NCBI RefSeq assembly: GCF_018350175.1
Contig: NC_058373.1
Coordinates: 108,750,001 to 108,814,000, forward strand
Length of the DNA stretch: 64,000 bases
DNA from: Felis catus
Taxonomy: Eukaryota
Reading direction: 5' to 3'
Shown: positions 52,859-64,000 of the stretch, piece by piece
Position numbering within the stretch: the stretch's first letter is position 1
Layout of the letters: every line of letters starts with the position of its first letter
Notes under the pieces: model-generated
What the model saw: the letters and a program-made list of their open reading frames with translations, nothing else
Databases searched by the model: none
What the model was told of the DNA's origin: nothing
Program-made: the position numbers and the translations under genes

Positions 52859-53949
52859 GTTGTATAATTAAGTGGCCAGTTAGTATTAGCTGTACTAACA
52901 TGGCCAAATATATTCCAGTTTCTTTTTTATAGGGCTCTGAAGTAGAAAGGAGTACTACCCTTAGACATGAGCAAGCTGACCACTGCCCCAGCTCCATTCC
53001 TCAGGGGCCTCTGTGCTTTGGAGTGCCTTCCTCTGTCTATGTCCTCTCTGCTACCTTGGACTGGCCTGGACCAGCACTGCTGTCCATGCAGGGCAGCTCA
53101 AGAACACCCAAAGAACACCTTTGGGTGTTCTTCAACCTTTTACTTCAACTCCTAAGATGATCAGAAGTTCTGGGAGCTCTTGAATTTTGTCCAGTCTTTG
53201 ATATTCTTTTTCTGGAATCACAGAAGTTTAGGCTACTAGAATGAGGCAGACACATTGGTTGTCCGTGATGTGACTCCCACTCATGTTAGACCCAGGTAAG
53301 GCTCAGGATTCTGGACTAATGGTTGCCCATTCCTTAATGTGGGCCTTTTGTCCTGCCCACAGGCTACACTTCTCACCTATCTGTGTTCCCATCAATGCTG
53401 CCTTAGGTCTGTTGACAGCACTAGAGGGTGACAGCAGGTGCCCTTTACTCCCTGCTGCTGCATCTAGGGAAGATGCTCCACCTCAGTGCAGGCTCTATAC
53501 CACATATAGAGTCATCCTATTCAGGTGGATTTATTGATCTCCTTTTAGAACTTCTGAAACCATAACTCTTTGGTGATAATGGGCCCTTCTTGTCTCTAGT
53601 CCACGTGATGACAGTGTTCTCCCAGGTGGATTGTAAGCCTTTCCAGATGCAGATGAGGGACAGACATTTCTTGTGTGAATGGGGTCACTCATCTCTCCCC
53701 TTACCTTCCTTTCCCTCTGGTCGCATTGTGTAAAAGGCAAGTGTATAGTAAATGATGAAAAAGTACATATTCTAGGAATGTAGTGATTATGGCTAAAGGG
53801 TATAAGAGAAGACAGGGTTAGAACATGTGTTCTGCTTTTATGCTATAAAATTCTAAATGGCAAACTTAACATGATCAGAAAATAAACTGTTATTCACATT
53901 ACCCTAATACTCTGTGTAAGATTTACTCTTGTGATTATTATCAACAGTA

Positions 53950-54265
53950 ACAATCTTCGAAAGAGTCACTGGAAGCCAATATCCATGGGCAGCGTGATGA
54001 AATGAAGTAATCTCATAATGACATTACCAATGTTAGCTAAATGGTATTAGAGATGCTTGCAGAGGCAAGAGAATCTGTTTGTTTCAGTACAGTTTGCCAA
54101 AGCCGTAGCTTCATGAATTAGTAACGCCGCTTTCTTGTTCTTGTGCTGGGGGAGCTGAAATTAGTAACAGCACATTTGACAATAAAGAAAATTAAGAAAT
54201 GGTTTCTGGACCTGAGCAGAAAGACATGGTATTTACACACTAGGAAGAATCTCCATGTGCACTGA
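53950..54265 (-). pseudogene. Possible decayed exon with TIR-like pattern
   Basis: Acceptor tttgtttattgtctag; NVLLLISAP / LLIHEATALAN / NKQILLPL in shifting frames with stops. Confidence 0.22.
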
Positions 54266-54511
54266 CTAGACAATAAACAAATACGTAAGTACCACTTCTC
54301 CACATATTCTTCTAGAATAAATCACTGTATCTGACAAAGAGCTATTGGGACTCTGCAAATATGTTTGCCTGGAACCCCATGCACCTTAGGGTTAACCCTA
54401 GAGAACAACCTCTAGTAAGAAAATGTACTAGGTATATATTGTTAACACAAGAAAGGTAAAGGAGAAAGAGAATAGATCTTATGGTTGCTACTCAGTAAAC
54501 ACTTAAAGTAA

Positions 54512-54620
54512 GGGGTGGCTGGTTGGCCCAGATGGTAGAACATGCCAGTCTCAATCTCAGGGCTGAGTTTGAGGCCCATGTTGGGCATGGAGCCTACTTA
54601 AAATACATTTTTTTAAATAA
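54512..54620 (+). mobile_element. Short old tRNA-derived CanSINE
   Basis: ggggtggctggttggcccagatggtagaacatg...gagtttgaggcccatgttgggcatggagcctactta. Confidence 0.75.
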
Positions 54621-55468
54621 TTAAAGTGATATATTAGTGGAATATAAGTGAGGCAAAAACCTGTGTCTCCTTTCATTGGCAGTACAACGAAGCCCACTAT
54701 GAAATGGATATTAGACAAAAGTGAGAAGAATGTGCATATTCATGTGTACAGTTAAAGGAACACTTAAAATAATACATAACAAATGTATGCAGACCTTTCA
54801 GGGTACCCATTTCACAAGGGTCATGCTGAAAGAAAATGAGAATATGCAAGATTTATCTTCTACCCATATATCTTCTACTTATCCCTTTTACATGGGAATA
54901 GTTGCATAATAGGCTTGAAAAATAATTCTGCGTCTTTCGGCTAGGATATTTCTGTATTTTAAGCATTAAGTTATTTTGTTATTCCAGAAATTTATTCCTT
55001 GAAACAGCTTATACAAATTTGGTTTATAAGCTGAAAACAATTTTAAAAATTAATAAAAGATGCACTGTTTAAAGGTAGATAAAAAATGGTCTAAGACAAA
55101 TTGATATCTTTATTCTTTCAATTCTTTGTTTTCTAGAATTTTTTCTTCCTAATATTTCTATTCTCTTGTATGCAAAATTAACATCCATAGAATCCTTACA
55201 TAATTTTAAGAAAAAACTGCCTTGTCATAATATTACTGAAATAATCACAGATTAAAGGGCTAGAAGAAACATTTTCTTAATTACATTATTATAATAAATA
55301 AAATTCATCAGGCTAGTGTATTACTTAGAATAATGAAACTTACAGTAAAATTTAAATGCGGTAGGAGTTATTCACATGAAAATACAAATATTTTAGCTAG
55401 TCACATAGAGGTGAGATACTAAAAAACACCACAGTGATGGAGTATGATATTTAAAAAGTTAAAAACCA

Positions 55469-55701
55469 GGGGCGCCTGGGTGGCGCAGTCGGTTAAGCGT
55501 CCGACTTCAGCCAGGTCACAATCTCGCGGTCTGTGAGTTCGAGCCCCGCGTCAGGCTGAGGGCTGATGGCTCAGAGCATGGAGCCTGTTTCTGATTCTAT
55601 GTCTCCCTCTCTCTCTCTCTGCTCCTCCCCCATTCATGCTCTGTCTCTCTCTGTCCCAAAAATAAATAAACGTTGAAAAAAAATTTAAAAAAAAATTAAA
55701 A
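55469..55701 (+). mobile_element. SINEC_Fc
   Basis: TSD aaaaagttaaaaacca. Confidence 0.96.
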
Positions 55702-56475
55702 AAAAAGTTAAAAACCAGAAAAACATGTAACCTCATAGCACATCACAGCAATGTTATTTAAACCATTTCCAGAATGAACATCTTACTGCATTTCTTTTAA
55801 ATAATAAAAACTAATTTTATTATACTTGTTATATGTATTTGTTATTTATAATTAGAAAAATATGCATAAACAAAACTAAAACCAGCCAGATATGCTCACA
55901 CACTATCTTCCCATCCTATACCTATATAAGCACATGCTTGATAAGGAAGCAAATATTTATTGTATATATTTTACATAAGGTTGCAAAACCTGCTCTTTTA
56001 CTCATTACATCACTAACTTCTTTCCATGCAAATTGTATGTATCATTATCTACATTATTGTCCTCAGTGGTTTATAGAGTTGCATTTTATGGATATACTAT
56101 AATTTATTATTTCCCTATTCTGGGAAATTTGAACTGTTCTCAGATGACCCCGTAATGAAGACCATTGGAAATTTATCTGTATTCACTTATTCGGTGTATT
56201 CTTAGGATATCATAGAAGATTTGTTGAGTCAAAGGGTAAAATATTTTAAAAAGTTTTGATACACATCACTTAATTTCTGGAAATCTTATTTGCTGTTCTT
56301 TTATTCAGCTCAAGGATATCAAATTTATGCCTAGCCAATTTGTTTTTAACATCTTCCATTACAAAATATTTAATGCTTTAGATTTCTCATTGTGTATCCT
56401 TGGTAGTGACTTCCAAACTTTGGTACCTAAATGCCTTCATTATTTGTGTTATTATCTGGAAAAAGATACTTATTT

Positions 56476-56685
56476 TTTAAAAATTTTTTTATTATTTCTG
56501 AGAGAGCAAGAGAGAGAAAGAGCAAAAGGGGAGGAGCAGAGAGAGAGGGAGACACAGAATCCAAAATAGGCTCCAGGCCCTGAGCTGTCAGCACAGAGCC
56601 TGATGCAGCACTCGAACTCATGAACCATGAGATTGTGACCTGAGCTGAAGTCAGATGCTTGACCAACTGAGCCACCCAGGCACCC
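56476..56685 (-). mobile_element. CanSINE
   Basis: 19-bp TSD tggaaaaagatacttattt (56457-56475, 56687-56705). Confidence 0.96.
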
Positions 56686-58051
56686 TTGGAAAAAGATACT
56701 TATTTATACCAAGAGAAGGAAATCTGCACTAAATTCTTTGTTAAAGTAACTTTTTTGAAATGAAAATAATCCACATTGATTTGATTTGTAAATGTTAATA
56801 TTAGCACTAAAGATGTCTTTGTAGAAAAATTTTATTGATATTCTACATTTTTCCAGTTGGGTTTGTAACAGCCAGTGTTTGTATTTTTCACTCAGAAAAA
56901 GTCTCGATAATGAATATGCAACTTTTTATTAACACTTACATATAAGAATCATGTCTCTATTAAATTTTATAGTATTAACAATAAACTACCCTAGACTTGA
57001 CCAGTCCAGCCTTCTGAATCATTGCTTTGCAAAGCATGCATCAAAGGCTTAGTATTACTAGTAAGATTCTTTTGTTGCTCTATTGGAGCTTATAATTGAT
57101 TAATAAATAACAAGCAAACAAACCTGAGATGCAGATTTCTTACCTGTTAAATATTTTTATACAATAGAAAATTTATGAAAATAAATTAGCAGTGCATTTG
57201 AAGATTTCATGGCAGTTCAGAGATCTGAGAAACACACTTCAAAAATAACTTTTTAAGCCGTGATTCAAGGATATCCAGAGTCTGAGATTTCTGTTACTGG
57301 TTTTAGCTTTTTCTATTCTTGGAGGCATTTTTCTAAGAAATTACTCAGGTTACTGGGAATCACTGGGAATGGCTCAGATTTACTGTTGGTATTTTGCTTT
57401 GGAACAATTTTTCCTTCATTAGAACAAATTAGAGTTATGTCCAATAAATGTCTTATGACAAAATGCTGATAAGATTTTTTTTTAATATACATGTTCTTGG
57501 GGCAGTTAGAGGACTGGATCAAGCAATATTTAAATAGGTTAGATAAATTCAGGACCTCTCATTATTTTATCTGATTTCAGTCTTGCATATTGAATTTTTC
57601 ACATCAGACAATATTAGTGATAAGGCAGAGTTCAAGATTCTTTAGGTATGACTTCTGACTCCACTGGTCATCTCTGCTTTACTGATATGTGCAGAATGAG
57701 AAATCAATCAGTTTTCAAGTTGTTCCTTATCCTTCCCCATGCATTCACTCAAATGGATGGGTGAACACATATGTGCACAGATGCACAGACTCAACCAGAC
57801 AGTTCCCCCGTACAGCTTTCCACAGATAATGTTCTCTTTGAAGCATATAGGAAAGTCTCACATATAAATTGGTCCACATGATTTTAATTTTTAAAAATGG
57901 CAGACATAAGTGAAACAGACACAAATATGTTTGCATTATTTTGCCTTTGAATTTGAATTTTATTGAAAGCACTGACAAAGGATAAAGGGTCAAGAGATTA
58001 TTAAATGTACACCCGTCTAAAAGAAGTGTTAGCTAATGAAATGTAAATAGA

Positions 58052-58272
58052 GGGGCGCCTGGGTGGCTCAGTCGGTTGGGCGGCCGACTTCGGCTCAGGT
58101 CATGATCTTGCGGTCCCTGAGTTCGAGCCCCACGTCGGGCTCTGTGCTGACAGCTCGGAGCCTGGAGCCTGTTTCAGATTCTGTGTCTCCCTCTCTCTGA
58201 CCCTCCCCCGTTCATGCTCTGTCTCTCTCTGTCTCAAAAATAAATAAACGTTAAAAAAAATTAAAAAAAAAA
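58052..58272 (+). mobile_element. SINEC_Fc
   Basis: 14-bp TSD gaaatgtaaataga. Confidence 0.96.
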
Positions 58273-58565
58273 GAAATGTAAATAGAAAGTGTCACAAAAA
58301 TTATTCCAAGATAGCTATGTACAAACATGCACAAAATGTGTAAACATTTAAGTTTTTAACCTTCATTCAAGCTTATTTAATAATACTTAAAAGTACATTA
58401 AATCATTTTGACTGAGATGATGCAAAATAAGAAAAGCGTTGTAGATTAAATAATGGCATATGATTCATTTCCATGAATTTTGAATAATACACTCTAAATC
58501 TGCATGCACAAGTTATTAAATATGTGTTAATTTTCATTTGCTCTGGTGACAGTCAAGGTGGTTAC

Positions 58566-58737
58566 CAGTTCATGAGCATATTCTAGGTAATTTCCCGAAT
58601 GATACATTTCTAATTGCAACACATTGTTAAATCATGTAGTCCTTGGTCCCATGGCATTCCTTCCTCTGCTGGTGGCTTCAGCTTGAATTACTTCATTTGC
58701 AAATGTAAGGCGGTTGTTTTATTAATTGAAACTGCTT
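58566..58737 (-). pseudogene. Nonsense-disrupted exon (phase 2-0) of an unidentified gene
   Basis: Acceptor cttttctcttatcacag, donor CTG|gtaacc, 172 nt; reads SSFN**NNRLTFANEVIQAEATSRGRNAMGPRTT*FNNVLQLEMYHSGNYLEYAHEL. Confidence 0.55.
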
Positions 58738-59299
58738 CTGTGATAAGAGAAAAGCTATACTGATTCATAAAAGAAATGCTCTTGCATGACAAAATATTTT
58801 GATAGAATGAAGAATAAAAGAGTAAAGGTATAATGTGAAAAATCTTCACTCTGGTACCTTGTCTTATAGTTACTTTATCACAGTAATACTGAGAACTAAT
58901 AAAAATACTTTTAAGAATTTATTCATTGTTAATATTTAAAGAGTAAGTCAACAGAAGATATTTTTCACTATCATATGCTGAATACTAGCCATTTTACAGA
59001 ATTAGAAAAAGTTGTTACTTTTCTACTTTCTAGCTTCTCAGGGTTAGAATAATTCTCTTCCTTTATTTTGTTCCTCACTTTGTACATCACCATATGTAAT
59101 CAGCCCTTGGGAGACTGACATGTTTAGGGCTGAGAGAAAGACCACTTTGTTTCTGCTATATAGTGACGAACAGTAAACAACTCAAATTTCTTGGACTGAT
59201 TGTCCTTTTGATGTACCATTTCTGCGTTACCAAATATGCACAAAATATACCAATGTAAACTGAAAAATCCCAATATATTTCATGACTCAACATTGCATC

Positions 59300-60700
59300 C
59301 ATTGCCTCAGGAGACATGTCTAGTAATAATTTGCTATGGTCAATGTTAAAGATGTTACTACTTGTATTCTCCTCTAGGATTTTGATGGTATACTGTCCCA
59401 CATTTATATCTTTCATCCGTTTTGAATTTATTTTTGTGTATGGTGCAAGAAAGTGGTCCAGTTTCATTCTGTTGCATGTTGCTGTCCAATTTTCCTAACA
59501 TCATTTGTTGAAGAGACTATCTTTTTTTTCCATTGGATATTCTTTCCTTCTTTGTCGAAGAAGTAGTTGTGCGCCCATTTCTGGGTTTTCTCTTCTATTC
59601 CATTGATCTGTGTGTCTGTTTTTGTGTCAGTACTGTCTTGACACTGTCTTGATCACTATAGTTTTATAATATAATTTGAAGTCCAGAATTGTAATACTTC
59701 CAGCTTTGCTTTCCTTTTTCAAGATTGGTTTGGCTGTCTGAGTCTTTGTAGTTCCATAAAAATTTTAGGTTTGTTTGTTCTAGCTCTGTGAAAAATGCTG
59801 GTGTTATTTTGATAGGGACTGCATTAAATGTATGGGTTGCTTTGCTTAGTATTGACATTTTGTCAATATTGTTCTTCCAGTCCATGAGCATGGAATGTTT
59901 TTCCATTTCTCTGTGTCTTCTTCACTTTCTTTCATCTGTGTTTTACAGTTTTCAGGTTACAGGTCTTTCACCTCTTTGGTCAGGTATATTTCTAGGAATC
60001 TTATTGTTTTGGTGCAGTTGTAAATGGGATTGATTTTAGTTTCTCTTTCTGATGCTTTATTATTGGTATATAGAAATGCAGCAGATTTTTTATATTGATT
60101 TTGTATCCTGAGACTTTACTGAATTTGTATATCAATTCTAGCAATTTTTTTGGTGGAGTTTTTAGGGTTTTCTGTATATAGTATTATGTCATATGCATAT
60201 AGTGAAAGTTTTACTTCTTCATTCCCACTTTGGATGCCTTTTATTTCTTTTGATTGTCTGATTGCTATGGCTAGGACTTTCAGTACTATGTTGTATAAAA
60301 GTGGTGAGAGTGGGCATTCTTGTCTTGTTTCTGTTCTTAGGAGAAAAGCTCTCAGTTGTTCACCAGTGAGTATGATGTTAGTTGTGTTTTTCATATGTGG
60401 CCTTTATTTTGTTGAGGTATGTTTCCTCTTAACCTATTTGTTGAGGATTTTTATCATGAATGGATGTTGAACTTTGTCAAATGCTTTTTCTGCATTTATT
60501 GAAACGACTATTTGTTTTTTCTCTTTTTGTTGTGATGTATCATGTTGATTGATTTGCAAATATGAAATCACCCTTGCATCCTGGCAGTAAATCTCACTTG
60601 ATCGCAAAGAATGAACTTTTGAATGTATTCTTGGATTTGGTTTGCTACTTTTTGGTTGAGGATTTTTGCTCTATGTTCTTCAGAAATAGTGGCCTGTAGT

Positions 60701-60758
<58 letters not shown>

Positions 60759-63155
60759 GTATCTACCTGGTTTTGGTATCAGGGTAATGGAAGCCTTCTT
60801 GTACAATGAATTTGAAAGTTTTCCTTCCTCTTCTATTTTTTGAAATAGTTTGAGAAGAATACATATTACTCTTCTTTAAATCTTTGGTAGGATTCACCTG
60901 TGAAGCCATCTGGTCTTAGACTTTTGTGTGATGGGAGTTTTATGGTTACTCATTCAATTTCATTGCTGGTAATTGGTAATTACCAGCATTCATTGCTGGT
61001 AATTCAAATTTTCTATTTCTTCCTGATTCAGTTTTGGGAGGTTATATGGTTTTAGGAATTTTTCCATATCTTCTACGTTGTCCAATTTATGGCATATAAT
61101 ATTCTCCTATAATTCTTTATATTTCTGTGGTGTTGGTTGTTATTTCTCCTCTTTCGTTTGTAATTTTGTTCATTTGAGTCCTCTCTCTCTCTCCCACCCC
61201 TCTTTCTTTTTATGAGTCTGGCTAAATGAAGGCTTATAAATTTTGTTGATCTTTTCAAAGAACCAACTCCTGGTTTCATTGTTGTTGTTTTCTTTTTTGT
61301 TTCTACTACATTTATTTCTGCTGTTACCTTTATTATTTCCTTTCTGCTACTGGTTATTGGGTTTGTTTGTTCTTATTTTTCTAGCTCCTTTAGGTGTAAG
61401 ATTAAGTTGTTTGAGATTTTTCTTGCTTTTTGAGGTATGGTGTTTTGCTGAGAACTTCCTTCTAAGAACAGCTTTTGCTGAACCTTAAAGATTTGGGATT
61501 ATTATATTTTCATTTTCATTTTCATTTTCATTTTTCTTCACAAAAATTTTTATTTCCTCTTTGATTTCTTGGTTAACCCATTCACTGTTTAGTAGCATGT
61601 TATTTAACCTCCATGTATTTATGTTCTTTCTAGATTTTTTCTTTTGATTGATTTCGAGTTTCATAGCATTGTGAACAGAAAAGATGCATGGTATGACTTC
61701 AGTCTCTTAAAATTTGTTGAAACTTATTTTGTTGAGATTTTGCAATCATGTTCATCAGGGATATTGACCATAGTTATCTTTTTTAGTGAAGTCTTTGTCT
61801 GGTTTTCGAATCAGGGTAATACTGGCCTCATTGAATAAGTTTGGAAGTTTTCCTTTCCTTTCCTTTCTATTTTTTTGGAATTGTTTGAGAAGAGCAGGTA
61901 TTAGCTCTTCTTTAAATGTCTGGTAGAAGCCATCTGGCCCTGGACTTCTGTTTGTTGGGAGATTTTGATTATTGATTCAGTTTCTTTGGTGGTATGGGTC
62001 TGTTCAAGTTTTCTATTTCTTCTGGTTTCAATTTTGGTAGTTTATATGTTTCTAGGAATTTATCCACTTCTTTCAGGAAAACAAAAGCAAAAATAAACTA
62101 TTGGGACTTCATCAAGATAGAAAACTTCTGCACAGCAAAGGAAACATTCAATAAAACTGATAGGAAACCGATGGAATGGGAGAAGATATTTGCAAATGAC
62201 ATACCTGATAGAGATTACTATTCAAAATATATAAAGAACTCATAAAACTCAACACCCCCCAAAATAAATAATCCAGTTAAAAATGGGCAGGAGACATGAA
62301 CAGACATTTCTCCAAAGAAGACATCCAGATGGCTAATGGACACATGAAAAGATGCTCAACATCACTCATCATCAGGAAATACAAATCAAAACCACAATGA
62401 GATATCACCTCACACATGTCAGAATGGCTTAAATTAACAACACAGGAAACAACCGGAGACAGAGGAACCCTCTTATGCTTTTGGTGAAAGTGCAAACTGG
62501 TGCAGACACTCTAGAAAACAGTATGGAGGTTCCTCAAAAAGTTAAAAATAACTACCCTATAATCTAGCAATTGCACTACTAGGTATTTAACCTAAATGAT
62601 ACAGAAATACTGATTCAAAGGGATACATGCACCCCGATATTTATAGCATCATTATCAACAATAGACAAATTATGGAAAGAGCCTGAATGTCTGTTGACTG
62701 GTGAATGGATAAAGAAGATATGGTATATATGTATGTGTACACACACACACACACACATGCACAGAGAATGCAATATTAGCCTTCAAAAAGAATGAAATCT
62801 TGCTATTTCAATGACATGGATGGAGCTAGAGAGTATTATACTAAGCCAGTAAGAGACAGACAAATACCATATGATTTCATTCATAGGTGGAATTTTAGAA
62901 ACAAGACAGATGAACATAGGTGAAAAAAAAGATTGACAAACTAGAAAACACACTCTTAACTATAGAGAACAAACTGAGGATTGCTGGAGGGGAGGTGGAT
63001 GTCTGGGGACAGGTTAAATGGATGATGTAGTAAGGAGGGGACCTGTTGTGATGAGCACTGGGTGTTGTATGTAAGTGATGAGTCACTAGATTCTATACCT
63101 GAAGCTAATGTTACACTGTATGTTAACTGGAATTTAGATAAAAACATGAAAAAAA
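59300..63155 (+). mobile_element. 5'-inverted (twin-primed) carnivore L1
   Basis: ORF2 antisense 59300-62075, then sense ORF2 end and 3'UTR 62076-63155; the two breakpoints are adjacent in ORF2. Confidence 0.92.
60703..60757. repeat. (TC)n microsatellite within L1
   Basis: Perfect dinucleotide run. Confidence 0.95.
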
Positions 63156-63449
63156 TGATACAAATTTGCTTTTATGATAGCCACTGGGACATGATAATGT
63201 CATTATTTCATTTTTTCCATTTAATGTAGCACTTTTTAAAAAGCTGGGAATAGTGTTGGGTGTTGAACATGTATATTGTGCAAATATCACTGATTTCATC
63301 TTACTAAGTCAGCATTCTATAACCAGAGTGAGAATATACTCAGATATGAAGGAAAATATAAATCAACTTCTGATGGAACAACAAGTAGATATACATACTC
63401 CCTATATATGACATTTTATGCTGATTACTTTCCACATAGAACTTCCATT

Positions 63450-63625
63450 ACTTATCCCAGCTCTAGAACTTATTAGCCGTGTGGCCTTGGGAAGGTACTA
63501 AATCTCTCATTGTGTCAATATCTCTTCTGTAAAATGAGGATAATAATACTTATTACATCTTTGAGTTGTGGTGAGGATTAAATGAGATAATACAAGTAAC
63601 CGATAAGATGCATACTAAATATTAG
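63450..63625 (+). mobile_element. MIR
   Basis: tgtggccttggga...ctgtaaaatgaggataataatac...gttgtggtgaggattaaatgagataata. Confidence 0.85.
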
Positions 63626-63819
63626 CTTCTGTTTCATGCATTGAATAAGGGTGAAATTCAGTTATTACTTCAGAAGTACATTGTATGTGAAACTGGCAGA
63701 ACAATATTTCATAAAAATATTTATACTGGTACAATTGTTGATTGATTATGTCCTAGGGATCCATGGTGAGCATGTTGAGGCAGTTTTTTTTTTTATATTT
63801 ATTTAAAGATTTTATTTAC

Positions 63820-63967
63820 CTTAGAAGGTACAGGATTTCATTGGCATAAGAGTTCCACTTTATTTGGTACAAACAGATTTTTTTTGAACTTTTAAATATC
63901 TCCTGTAGACGCTGGTCTGTAGTAACAGAGAGTTCTGTCCACAAGAAGGGAAAGAAGAGCTGAGAGG
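63820..63967 (-). pseudogene. Open coding-like exon (phase 1-2) of an unidentified, probably dead gene
   Basis: Acceptor catcttttgtctcccag, donor AAG|gtaaat, 148 nt, 48 open codons SQLFFPFLWTELSVTTDQRLQEIFKSSKKICLYQIKWNSYANEILYLL. Confidence 0.55.
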
Positions 63968-64000
63968 CTGGGAGACAAAAGATGTAAGTCTCTGGTTTTA

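Noticed and set aside
57144..57224. Minus-strand segment with a good acceptor and gtaaga donor
   Set aside because: Stops in all three frames; could only be a short alternative terminal exon (SLNCHEIFKCTANLFS*), which is unsupported
1..64000. CRISPR arrays, operons or prokaryotic defence systems
   Set aside because: Mammalian DNA; the repeated units are dispersed SINEs and LINEs

Overview
Mammalian genomic DNA from a cat-family (felid) genome, judged from many feliform CanSINEs (SINEC_Fc-type) and carnivore/felid LINE-1s. It is AT-rich and mostly transposon-derived. It contains two full-length but disrupted young L1s (2597-9170 +, 35030-40980 -), an older carnivore L1 that hosts the second one, a 5'-inverted L1 (59.3-63.15 kb), and several ancient L1M fragments. 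It also contains a 5'-truncated, decayed gamma-type (ERV1) provirus on the minus strand (11.26-17.24 kb), solo LTRs, a MER20, MIRs and more than a dozen SINEs. No intact protein-coding gene is evident. The non-repeat islands at the right end carry phase-compatible minus-strand exons (63820-63967, 58566-58737), one with three in-frame stops, suggesting a dead multi-exon gene that is possibly TIR-domain related (inference). Repeat family names come from recalled consensus sequences, not from a database search.
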